From contig NC_087245.1 of NCBI RefSeq assembly GCF_037042905.1, positions 40,426,001-40,490,000 of the forward strand: a stretch of DNA of 64,000 bases, in the 5' to 3' direction. The stretch is from Lytechinus pictus. Lineage: Eukaryota. The translations under genes were made by a program, and so were the position numbers. The number at the start of each line of letters is the position of its first letter. Positions within the stretch are counted from its first letter, which is position 1. The notes below the pieces were generated by a model. That model worked only from the letters and a program-made list of their open reading frames with translations, did no database searches and had not been told where the DNA came from. Shown here piece after piece: positions 1 through 11,800 of the stretch.

Positions 1-501
1 CCCAATAGGCCTACCCCCCCCCCCCCCAACCTCACCAATCGCATAGGGTGGACAAAATAATACTGCACGAGCAAGTAAATGTACGAAAATTGCCATTATA
101 AAATATGGGCCCGTCTGTTTTGCTGTTTCCACCAATTTTTATTTCAAAATCCAAAATGATACATTTTCTTTTGTTCCACGTTCCAATAAATAAAAAATCT
201 TACTTGACATCTAACACGAAACGAGTGACCATTTTTGAACTTTCTTCACAACGTAAAATTTTATAAGAATCTTTTTACTATAATTGGCGACCTTGCCTGA
301 CACAGTCCAATTCGATATTGCCATAAACTGTATAAATCGCTCTTGTACCATGATTGGTATACCCTGGCCAAATGGCACTGGATGCATGATCAGTTTCAAG
401 TTTCCAATTTGCACCTTTCTAATGAGTCTGAGCAGAAACACAAGTAAAGAACTGTATATAGCTCCTTTATAGAGGCATATTTACAAATGATATGTTGGGT
501 A

Positions 502-2905
502 CAGGGGCGGATCCAGCTTCGCTGATATGGGGGGGGGGATTTTTCAGTCACATTTTCCACAATCGGCCGCTCGAAGTTGATTTATGTATGTTTATTTGAA
601 GGGGTAGTCCATTAGCTGTATTCCTATAAATCAACATAAATATTTAATAATCTCATAAGCCTTATATAAATAGTTCGAGCGCGAAGCGCGAGCTAATTTT
701 GTATTTGAAATTTTAACATTCTGGGCAATGTTTTGTGAGCCTGAACGAATCGTGTATATATGCAACTAAATAATTACTGCGAAGCGTGAACAGAAATTTT
801 AAATATACGTTTTGATCTGATCGAAAAGGAACCATGCACCTGTCAAGGACGTCTTGCAGTTAGCCATGAATGCGTTGCATATTTCAACAATCAAATAGAA
901 GTACATTTTTACCTAAAGAAGGGAAATTCTAAGCTTTTTTGTAAACGTAAACAGGATATGTATATCACTGAACTATTGATGCGAGGGCGAAGCGCGAGCG
1001 TAAAAAAAAGAGATTTAGACTAAAACGGGACACATCATTCATGTTTTGTAAATAATGAAAAGGATGAGTAATTTGGGATCTTTCTAGATTAATAACATGA
1101 ATAATGGGAGCGCGGATCCAGGGCGAAGTTCCCGGGTCCCTCTAGGAGTGGGGAAAATAAAAAAAGGGAAAAGAGAGGAGAAAAAAATGAGGAAAAGAGG
1201 AGGAAGACAAATGAAAAAAATAAGGTGAGAAGAAGACTTGGAAAATACAAAAAAAATAAGAATCTTTCATATCACTATATGAATTTTTCGCTCGCACTTG
1301 CATGTTTGATATCGAGATACAAATAATCCTCAATGGGCTGATATGGAGCTTAAAATATCACGTTGCTTGATTTACAAATTGATTTTTTTAATGTGCAGCC
1401 GTAGTCCGTTTATGGTCTGATCGAGTATCAATGCAGCTCGCGCTACGCGCTCGCATTATTTGTCAAGTACCCAATCTCTAGTCTTCGTATTTACAATAAA
1501 TTCTCAAAATATTCTTATTCAGGTCTGATTGTCAAAACATATCAGCTCTGATTGTCAAAACCTATCAGCTAGCGCTGCGCGCTCACATTTCGATTGGTTA
1601 GTTATTTATCTCTATAACAAACTATTTAAAATCCCTTTTCATGACAATTTATTAAAAAAAAATCGGTTCGTGATTTGCGCTCGCATTAATTGTTAAAGAT
1701 ATATCAACCAATGCCTTCTATTCATAAATAGAAAAATACTTAGAATATCCAGTTTTCAGAAATTGATATTAACAAATTTCTCGCTCTTATTGGGCTTATT
1801 AGAGTAGTAAATAAGATAATAACAATAACATTTCATGAATTGCTAATAACTATATTGTCTTTTTTTATAATTGAAAGAATTTTCATCTCGCGCTTGGGGA
1901 CACTTAATAGGTAGATAATTTCTATTTTCATATGACAAAATGTCCTTAGAATGTTCCCGTCCTAGGTCAGAATAATTTCCGAAAAATATCCGCTCGAGCT
2001 TCGCGCTTGAATCATTTATTGAGTGCGATCCACATCCAGTCAGTTTCATTTTCAGTGTTTGAAATAGTTTTCAGATTAGAATTCTGCTCGCACTTCCCGC
2101 TCGCATTACGTAGGAAGATGCCTAATTACCCATCTTCACGCCTTACAAAACATGAACTAGTGTCCCGTTTTTAGCTCTAAATCTTAATTTTCCCCATCGC
2201 GCTTATCGCTCGTATTGTCTAGTTATATACCTATTCAGTTCAGGATTAATGCTTAGAATGTCAATTTTCTTGTTGGAATGTCAAAAAATGTTCAGCCCGC
2301 ACTTCGCGCTCGCATTATTCCATTCTTGAAATAGGCCATCATAATTATATAGGCCTATGTATCGTCTTCATGGCTACTACAATCAGAACAGGTCCCTTGT
2401 TTATCAGGCCAGAATATATATGAAAAAAAAATCTGCTTGTGCTTCGTATTTGCAGTATAGTTATTAGTTAGATGTTTTATTTTCAGGACAAAATATGACA
2501 TTTACGAAAAATTTTAACTCGCGCATCACTCGCACTATATTGACTAGTACGTATAGGATTATACATTTCAGGGGTCGCGGAAGCGAGGGGGGGCTCCAGC
2601 CCCTGCTTTTTTCCATAACCGTGTTCAAAAAAGTAAAAATGACCATTTGATTGTGATTTTTTGCATGGTCACCCCCCCCCAAAAAAAAAAACATTTGACT
2701 CAGCCCCCCCTCACTTTGAAAACCATTCTGCGGCCCCTGCATTTATGTTGTTTTATAAGAATAAAGCTGACTGTTAGGTCTACACCTTCAAAGAAAGAAA
2801 CAAACAAAAATCAACTCAGAGCGGTCGATCGTGGAAAATAATTGGTGAAAAATTCCCCCCCCCCCCATATTCGTGATATTGGCCGCGAAATTGATCTGCC
2901 TCATG
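502..2905. mobile_element. About 2.4-kb non-autonomous foldback-like DNA transposon with long diverged TIRs and inverted arrays of a GCTCGCGCTTCGCGCTCGCA motif
   Basis: The left end (CAGGGGCGGATCC...GGGG...TTTTCCACAATCGGCCGCTCGAAGTTGATTT) is an imperfect reverse complement of about 2806-2905. Motif copies face one way at about 675-1000 and the other way at about 1290-2540. No TSD seen. Confidence 0.7.
2569..2739. mobile_element. MITE with CAGGGG termini and 5-bp TSD (CATTT), nested in the 502-2905 element
   Basis: CAGGGGTCGCGGAA...TTCTGCGGCCCCTG flanked by CATTT on both sides. Same family as 38324-38501 and the fragment at about 11125-11230. Confidence 0.8.
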
Positions 2906-3774
2906 TTAGCTCGTTCCATTCTTATTTCCTGTTTCCCTTGCCTCATTTGTTCTTTCTTTTCCTTTACTTGTTATCCTCTTTTTTTTTTTTTCTCCCTTTT
3001 CCCACTTCCAAATTAATTTCCCTTCCCCAATGCATGCGCTGAAATATGACGTGAAAGACATGAACACATCGTACACGCAAAACTGTGTATGAACAGAATG
3101 CATAGAGTTGGATAAAGCGTGAGAGAATGCAGGCCGAAGCGCCGAGCTGAGCGAGCGTGACCAATGTCCATCGCATCGCATCGCATGCAGCATGCAGTAT
3201 AATGTATCTCGCAGTTTCAAGAACCATGAACCAATCTTGTCGCACGTGGAAATTTGTAGCCAAAATTTTGACAGACTCATCTCTAATACGTTTTCATGAA
3301 CGTCAAAATAAACTAGTGTAACATGTGAACTACAGGTTGGAGGGACAGCATAAGGGGTAAGTTAGTCCACATTTTTTAAAATAATTATCTAACCCATCTA
3401 ACAAAAATTCAACGGTTTCCTGTGCTCCTCGCCGAACTCGCTGGGGGAGAAACTCGACGGAGGCCATGCTAAAACTAAGGAACAATGATCGACGAGCGAC
3501 GTACACGGAATTAGCAGACTACGCTCGCAGGGATATTTCGGTTTGCTAAAAGTGGAACGGCTAGTGGGCGCTATATAAGTGCGCATAAATTCAGCGAACT
3601 GTCTTTGAAATTCAGCCGAGGAGAATGATTTTATTTCTCGGAGTTTATTTAAAATTTAATATTTCCAAGAAGAAATTCTGTCAATTTCGCATTGAATCAT
3701 CATCAGCAATCGTTATTCAATAGGAAAGATCCATTCAACTGGAATTTTTGTATCCTTTACCAACACTATCCACG

Positions 3775-4168
3775 AGCTTTAATCAGACGTGTAATCCTAA
3801 TCAGAGTAAAATTCTACCATACATGGATTGAGATTCTAAAGATATTTCTATTATCACGACCAAGACAAAGGCTTTTTGGTTGCAGGAAGGGTCGAAGGAA
3901 TGGTCGGAGTATTGACCGTCTGGACAGTTACTTACTCAGACCCTCCTCCGACCAAGATACTCCTGTACTGGTTTCGAGTAGTATATATCTTGGTCAGAGA
4001 AATGTCGGAGTAACTCTGTCAAGACGACCAATACTCCGACCTTTCCTCCGACTTGGCTTCCTCAGACCTTTGTCTTGGTCGTGATAACATGAATATCTTT
4101 GGAATTTTAATCCATGCATAATAGAATTTTACCCCAACTAGTATCCCGCGTAAGTCTGAACGAGGCTA
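3775..4168. mobile_element. Palindromic MITE-like element
   Basis: Arms are reverse complements, e.g. TTATCACGACCAAGACAAAGG / CCTTTGTCTTGGTCGTGATAA and GGTCGGAGTATTG / CAATACTCCGACC. Ends approximate. Confidence 0.7.
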
Positions 4169-4302
4169 TCATTAAGGTCCGGCCTTCTTCTTTGTTGCAA
4201 TTACATGGCACATGGTGCAGGTGAAGTGTACCCTCTCATCAGAGCTCTTGAATGGTGTGATTATATCTCAACAACATCAACGAAATCTGATCTGGATTTA
4301 CT

Positions 4303-5608
4303 TTACAGTAAGCAAACTTCTCGTTCTAGTATGTTCATGAGAAGAGGTAAGGTAGTAATGACGAGAAACTCTGGAATATACGGCAAAAATCTTGAAGCTG
4401 ATCGAAGATCCGTCGCCCTGGTATTTATCTGAAATTATGATAAAAAGAGTAATCAGTAATGCTCTTTCTTGTAAATTGGCCCTAGCTTTGTCTCCGAGTG
4501 AATATTAAACTAAGTAACCGAATAAGTTCACCCATTCAGTTGTCGGTCATCGCCCATCTTTTTCTCTCTACCCCCTCTATTTTTTTTTCTCTTTTGATTT
4601 CTCTCCCATTCACTTTGTAATCGCTCACTCTTTTGCTTATATACTTACTTATTCGGTTACTTAGTTCAATATTCATTTAGACATTTCCTCTTTTATTTTA
4701 TGTTTACGTGTCATACTGTTGGTGTGATTACAATTCTGTTGGAAATTTATTAAGCATGAATCTGAATTTGAACTTATATTGTTATTAAGTTGAGCTAAAT
4801 CAAATTAGAATAAACAATAAATTTTCTATAAATTTAAAATCTATTCAATTGGCTCTATCAAATCAAGACTTTCCTCTTATATTTTGATAAATTTCTCTTA
4901 TATTTTGATAAATTCCATTACTCTTTGTCAATGAATATTTTTTATACTTTCATGAATTACATTAAGTGTTCAATTCAATATTTCAACATACACAGTAAAA
5001 AAAAGCACGCACATTGTTTAAGCCTGTCACTCTAACAACAAGTTGTTTAAACTGTTCGTAATTGTTTAAACTTATTAATCAACTTGTTTAAAAGTTTAAA
5101 CATATGTTTAAAAAGTCTAAACGATAGATGTTAGAGTGACATGCTTAAACAACCTGCTTAAAATTTTGAACCGCGTTTTTACAGTGTATGCCTACAGATA
5201 CTCAGTCCCTGTCTTCTGCCTTTATCTGCCTGTAGAGTGATTGCTACCGAACCTGATCATCTTTCTCTCCCGGCTCCGGTCCGTCTCTTTCTCATAACAC
5301 CCCTACTTCATCTACTTCTCCTCCCCCATCCCCTCCTCCTCCCATTCCTTATCTCCTCCCTCCCCAGCGCCGTCCCCCTTTTCGCCTCCTTCCCACTTTC
5401 CTCCATCCCCACTGCCCTCATCCTCCTTCTCCTCGTTTACATCCTCCCCGATGAAGAGATCGTGGACGATTTGGCGTCCAGTATGGTAGGCGATAAAGCA
5501 AACGTTGCAGATAAAAGTCCAGCTACTGAGATCTGGTTCTCTATCTGGATATCCGCATACAACAATAAATATGATTAATGAACAGGTCTGTAAGATTAGA
5601 CTAGCCAT
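4303..5608 (-). pseudogene. Possible decayed gene for a small secreted protein (signal peptide, CxxC, acidic Gly-rich region, second candidate exon)
   Basis: ORF 5608-5312 begins MASLILQTCSLIIFIVVCG|YP and contains ICNVC and an E/G-rich tract. An acidic frame continues with stops to about 5202. Candidate exon 4428-4303 follows a tttcag acceptor and reads INTRATDLRSASRFLPYIPEFLVITTLPLLMNILEREVCLL*. Confidence 0.3.
4991..5186. mobile_element. CAC(T/A)G-ended palindromic MITE (CACTA/CMC-like termini)
   Basis: CACAGTAAAAAA...TTTTTACAGTG, with internal inverted TGTCACTCTAACA / TGTTAGAGTGACA. Confidence 0.65.
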
Positions 5609-8058
5609 AGAAAGATATCACTTGCCATTTAAAAACATAATTATGTACAAATATCATGAATATAAGCCCACTGAAATCTTTCTTATCGGGGTTGTTTATT
5701 GTTTAAGGCAGACAGTTGATCTATAAAAATAAATGAATGAATGAATAGATTAAGCCGTGTGTATCTAATATTAACAGGAAAATAATTAATTTACTATTTG
5801 ATTAATCAATAATCATATTTACAGGATATTAATACTCTGTACTTCGTTTATGCAAATGAAGAATAATATTTCGTATTCAAAGAACCGAAAACGGTCGGTT
5901 TTGCTATTTCAATGATTGAATTTTAATCAAATGGGTCATGTGCAATTGTTTTCTTCTTTTATTTCGTGTTTACATCTGTTTCACTTTGGGTGACAATACA
6001 TAAAATACAACAAAAACATACCAGGTGCACACACAATCATGTATTATAAACTGTCGGAAACAGAATTTATTGCCTTGACAAGATTTAAAGATATTATTTT
6101 GTATAGAATATTCACTTTAAAACATTTAAATAGTCAATATAAAATTGTAAACATTGAAATCAAAAGACTTTTCAACAATTATAATTGAGCAACGTTGGTA
6201 CTGTCTATTTCCACATACATGTAGATAACAGAAAAATACATGCGTGTCTGGGATCCATGGTGTGTGTAATTTCGTTTTACACTCCAAGTACTTATAAGTC
6301 GGAAAATACACAATTTATTAACATCTCATTTTCATATCTTTTTATAAATTATTTTTTATTCCAAATCTTTAGATAGCGAACAAAAATCTCCTACTATATA
6401 TTTATATTTATTCATTTTATTATTGTATAGCCTACATCAGTGAATACACTATAGACTACTCACTAAACGCACATTTTAAATACTTTAAATCATACAGTTA
6501 AAATAGAAAGTAAAAAATAATTTAAAAAATTACAATTTCGAGAGAACAGTGTTTTAATGCACATTTTCTTCACATACACAAACATGATCTAAATAAGAAA
6601 CGAAATCAAAAGTTCAGAATTATATTCAATAGCATAAGCATGCAATTTTGCCACATCTAGCTATTCGACCAACATATTATTTCTTTCCATAGTACATCCA
6701 TCTTGAACGACGTAGTGAAAAGATTAATAGCATTTAGGGATAATTGAATAAATCATTAAAGCAAAATTTAAGAGAAGTTTTATGTATATTCACTAATATA
6801 CATTAAATATCATGAGTAGATCTAGCAAAAATTGTAATGTATTCTTAGTATTTCATCATGTCAAAACATCGTTAGTAAAAACTGATACATGATGGTTTGA
6901 AACAAGACTATGATTATTATCGGTATAATTTTAAAGGAGTATAATAATTCATACTTGAAAATATCATGATTTCAATAAATACCGTTGAAGTATAATTGAA
7001 CAAGCATCCATCGGATGGAATGAACGCCGGAGATATTGAATTATCAAATTTTCCCCAATATTTTATTAAAACACTTTTATGCATGATGTGTGTGAGCTGA
7101 TGATGTCACGTCCCAAATAAGAATTTCACCCACAGTATATGCAAATAAAAAATGTGAATTGAAAGAATGAGTTTTCCTTGGAAAGCCGGCTGGAGAAAAT
7201 GTGAACTTAATAACTAATAATTAATCACATCACAATACTCTTGCATTATAAGAGGTACTGTATGAATTCACTAATATTCTTATCTAATACATTTAGCGAT
7301 TCTAATTTACACAAAGCGCTCAGTTTCCCAACCTTTTAGTGCGTGACCTGCTTACAAATTATGTTTGCAATGATTGAAATTATGTATTCTTTCATTTCTC
7401 TTTAATTCTTAACCAAAATTTTATCAATACAATCTTGTCATGATTGCTGTCATTACTGGGAAGACAAGACAGATATATATGTTTGTAAAAATCATCCAGA
7501 ATATTTAGAATCATAGCTAAATTGGATTTAACAAATACCAAAGTACTGTACATATGATAGGACTATGACAAAAAATTGATTATGATTAAAGTTATAAATA
7601 ATAAATAGGCTTATTATACATTGTTACACGCATGGTTCACATCCCACATTCATTTAGTGAACTTGTATTGTCAAGAATTTACCCAGCCTCTTAAATGGAA
7701 GAGAAACAAAAACTTTGTTCGTAATTATTACTATCATTTATCACAATTACTTTAAGTAAAGCATCAATAGTTGAAATAAAGGTCACCTATTTTTCCCGTA
7801 TCGCCTTCAAAGACCTGGTACAGTTTATAGCGATGGTGTGCGCAGGCGGCGACAATGTTATTGCGATATGGGATAATACAAACTAAATGCGACCTGAAAA
7901 AAGGGGGATATATCTAGATCATATGACATAAATATACAAACCAACTCTCTCTCTCACCCTCTCTCTATTATTCTTCGTTGTTTTTCTTTCTTTTCCTGTG
8001 TTCTTCTCGCTTTCTATTGTTTTTTTTTTTTGGGGGGGGGATTGGTGGTGGAAGATGG

Positions 8059-8533
8059 CAGGGACGGCGGAACCAAAAGTAAAACATAAATACTTTTTCT
8101 GGTCAGTATATTAAAAGTTTGAGCTCTCGCTTTGCGCTCGAGATAGTTCTTTAGTTAGATATATATCTTTTTCATGATTACTAAAACTGTTCGGAATGTT
8201 CAATTTTCATGTCTTATGAGATGAAATGTCCAAAAGTTTGAGCTCGCGATTCGCGCTCGCAACATCTCACAAGGATGTCCTTTTAACAGTAAGTAGCACC
8301 AAAACGCAAGTTTTACAACTTTAGATTTGAATTTTATTCCAAAGCCTATATCTATTCAATCAGAAATCACTTGGAAAAGACTTTGCTCAACTTTATTACT
8401 ACAAAACACACAACTACTTCACGCAGATGATAATCTCATGGTGAAAATATTATTTTACACCAAAATGCCCATTTTGACATAAAGTGCCCTTGTTGGCTTT
8501 GCCCCCTAACGAAAATACGTTCCGCCGCCCCTG
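8059..8533. mobile_element. hAT-type MITE with 8-bp TSD GAAGATGG
   Basis: TIR CAGGG(A/G)CGGCGGAAC; TSD at 8051-8058 and 8534-8541; carries the same GCTCGCG..TCGCGCTCG motif as the 502-2905 element. Confidence 0.85.
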
Positions 8534-8614
8534 GAAGATGGTAATTAAAAATAAAGGCGGTCGCCCATCTATGGCGCTGCCCTGCGCGTGATGGTAAGGA
8601 TAATGATCCTACCA

Positions 8615-8620
8615 TTTATT
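8615..8620 (-). promoter_or_regulatory. Candidate polyadenylation signal (AATAAA) of the protease gene
   Basis: TTTATT on the + strand, about 105 nt downstream of the TGA. The context is AT-rich, so this may be chance. Confidence 0.35.
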
Positions 8621-8723
8621 TTTCTTGTTATTACTTATTTCATTCTTCCTCGACCTTATTCCACTAATAAAACCTAATATCTAGGTGCCTGTCCTATTAA
8701 GAAATTTAAGCTATCAATTATAA

Positions 8724-8885
8724 TCAATTTTCTTGCATTATTTTCAGTATATAGTCCAAGTTACTGGCGGTGCCAGTAAAGATATTTGGCCTGTACGGTC
8801 CACCGCATGATTCCCCTGCCGACACTGAACCGATGGAATACCAAGTACCGTTGATAAAAGACACCAGGGGCCCGCCACTGTCACC
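8724..8885 (-). CDS. Protease last coding exon: catalytic Ser and stop codon
   Basis: [53 protein letters not shown]. Confidence 0.95.
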   Translation of the reverse strand, partial: GDSGGPLVSFINGTWYSIGSVSAGESCGGPYRPNIFTGTASNLDYILKIMQEN

Positions 8886-11800
8886 CTGTAATAAGGTATA
8901 GGAATAAAAAGTACAGAAAAAATAACAAAATCATTCTAATGTAGTCACAAGAACAAATGCTACGAACAAAAAATAATGATATATTTCTCTCTCTGGACAA
9001 TTGAATCGAAAAAAACGAGAGTACCCCCCACACACAATACACTAGCCTACTGTAATAAGTAGGCATACACACACGGATACATCCACGCATGAAAATGTTC
9101 AGACCTGGGGCATATAGGCTAGTTGTACCGGTGCTTGGGTCTCTATGACGTCAAGCTTTGGTGTAAAACATATTTGGATCAATAATATTTGATGAGTGCT
9201 ATAATTTCGTGAGTGTTTGTGTTTATTGAAACATTGTGCCTCAATGAGTCATGGGCGGAAATCTGTACCCAAAGGTACGGGGGACCAGGGCCTGGAAAAT
9301 TTGACAAGCAAAAAAAAAAGGGGGGCAAAATGTTAAGGTGATTTAAATAAAACAAAATTGACAAGCAAAGAAAAAAAGGTTTTCACCCAAAATGTAAGGT
9401 AATTTAGTCCCAAATATATGTATTATTTCGATTGTGAAGTGATGTATTTTGCTCCATCGTAAAAGACCAAAAATAGTAGGGGGACATTTCATATTATGTC
9501 CCCCTACTATTTTGGGATGGAGCACGCGACCCCCTGTCCCCCTGGGATTTCCGACCATGCAATGAGTAACAGCCATTATTGCTATATCGAGGAAAATTAG
9601 TTATAGATGTTAAGATAAGAAAGACCACACTAGTGTATTTTATTCTGTGTTGATAGTATTAAAGCCTACTATCAATAAATAAGTTCATTAATGATGAACC
9701 CTACTTACAAAACAGGTGCTGGTGTATCCATTTGAGTATCCCGCACAGACCACACTGTCCAGGAGCTCCAGCGAATAGTGGTTCCTGCAGTACTCCAGGG
9801 GAACTGTCGGAAGACGGACCTCCTGTAGGTCGGGAGGTGTAGCACCTGAAATCCAACAGAGGATCGTCGTCATTGAATATTCGAAAGTCTCTGCAGGTTC
9901 TAAATACTGTTATAAACATATAGCTTTTCCCTTAGTTTAGGGTAATGTTCCTGCGTTGTCCGACAGAAAATGATATTGATAGGGATCGATATCTCACTCA
10001 GCGACGTTCCGAGGATTCAAGAACAGAGCAAATGTATTAAAAATGTCCGTCAAATGACAACGAACAGCTGGGAGGTGTTTGTCGAAAATAGGTGAACCGG
10101 AACAGCAGTTTGTCTTAAGTTTCAATTGCAAATAATATGTCGTTTGTCCAGAGCCAAGGACTAAACTGCCGTTTCGATTCACCAATATTCGACAGAGTTC
10201 TTTGTTTGTTTCTTCTTCAATCGTCATGATGGACATTATCAATACATTGACTCTTTTCTTGACCCCCGGGACGTCGTGGAGCGAAAATGTCCATCGATAT
10301 TGTCGGAGAAAGGAAGAGGCTAACACTTCAAGAAATTGTTTTGGGATTGTGTTAAGGGTATCTCCAGTGAGCGGAAAGGGGAAGGGAGAATATGAAATCC
10401 TGAAGTGAGAAGGGTTGACCGGATCAATGAAGACCGAAAGGGACATGGTCGACCTAGGACTGACTGTTACAGGGATGATGTACAAGGATGCCTTAAGGAT
10501 AGTGAACCCAATGAAGCATGAGGACACGGACAGCCAGGGCTCAGCAGCCAATTGACCAATTTAGATCTGCATGGTAGCTTCGTTACCGTAATGGATAGTT
10601 TCTGTTTTGAAACGAAGCCCAGGATCATGTAACAGTCAATCATTAAAATCAAGTTGCAACTTCTCTCACGTTTGACAAAGGCTAACAATTACGTAGTCTT
10701 TGACAAACGTGATAGAAGTTACAACCAAAGTGAGTGATTCGGGATTAAAGGTTTAGGAGAGATTGGAAGAAAAAAATTGGCCAAACTTACTGCTCTCCAC
10801 GATGGAACCCCACCCAGTGGCTGTGACGTAAGAACCATCAGGTATGACGTAACCTCTGGGAGGAAGACAAGCCGGCTGGACAAAGTTATTGAGTGTAGCC
10901 GGTTCCTTCAATTTCATGATCCCAAGGTCATTCTGGTAGGCTGGACCTCCCGTGTAGTTCGGATGGACCCAGATCCGTTCGACGGGAATGGTCTGTCCGT
11001 TTTCCCTGCCGGTTTTCCAGTTCGTGATTCCAAGGTAGACTTTGCCATTACGCAGTCCGACCCTGAAACGGAAAAAAAGCATGCACGACCCAGTATTGCC
11101 ACGGTTGGGATTGATTAAAATCTGGGTCAACGTGTACAAAACTGTAAAAATTACCATCTGATTGTGATTTTTAGCATGGTCAGCCCCCCACCTTTGGTTC
11201 AGCCCCTCAGTTTCAAAACCGTTCCCCTGCTCTTAACCGGTCGATGGTATATCATTGGTAATAATTATCGTAATGGCTTTGATCCATCTGGCGTCGGTTT
11301 CGTGGGTGTGCCTAAGGCATGACGCCAACTGTGCAACTGTAATAAAAAATGATTTTCTTACACACAGTGACCTGCAGTGAGGACCCACTTCCGGTTGATT
11401 AATGTACCACCGCAGTAGGGTGACTTCGAAGAGCTGATGACCCCAGCGTGCCATGGCCACTTCCCCCGTGTCGTGACGGCAAAACCCATAATGACGTTTG
11501 CATCCATTATGGGGCGATCACCACAAGCTGCAAACATGATAAGGAATAACAAACATGATAAAATACGAATCAATCCATCGACTGGCTTAATTGTATTGTT
11601 CTGTTCGGGGCCCCGTTGCAAAACTTTGCCGTCCAATAGTAACTTTCATGGAATCAATGATTCTGATTGGCTGTTGAACACTGTTACCATGGTAGTTTGT
11701 TACCAATGGGTGACAAAGTTTCTATAAAAGTAACTTCAAATCAATGGGGCTCTGGTGTGTCATTTAACATCTCTTGGCAAACACATATTACTTTTGAAAC

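Noticed and set aside
10396..10521. Plus-strand peptide [17 protein letters not shown] resembling the C-terminus of RTE-clade LINE proteins
   Set aside because: Only a few residues match and no reverse-transcriptase motifs were found upstream.
10777..11727. Plus-strand ORFs overlapping the protease exons
   Set aside because: Antisense shadows of the real coding exons with no independent motifs.
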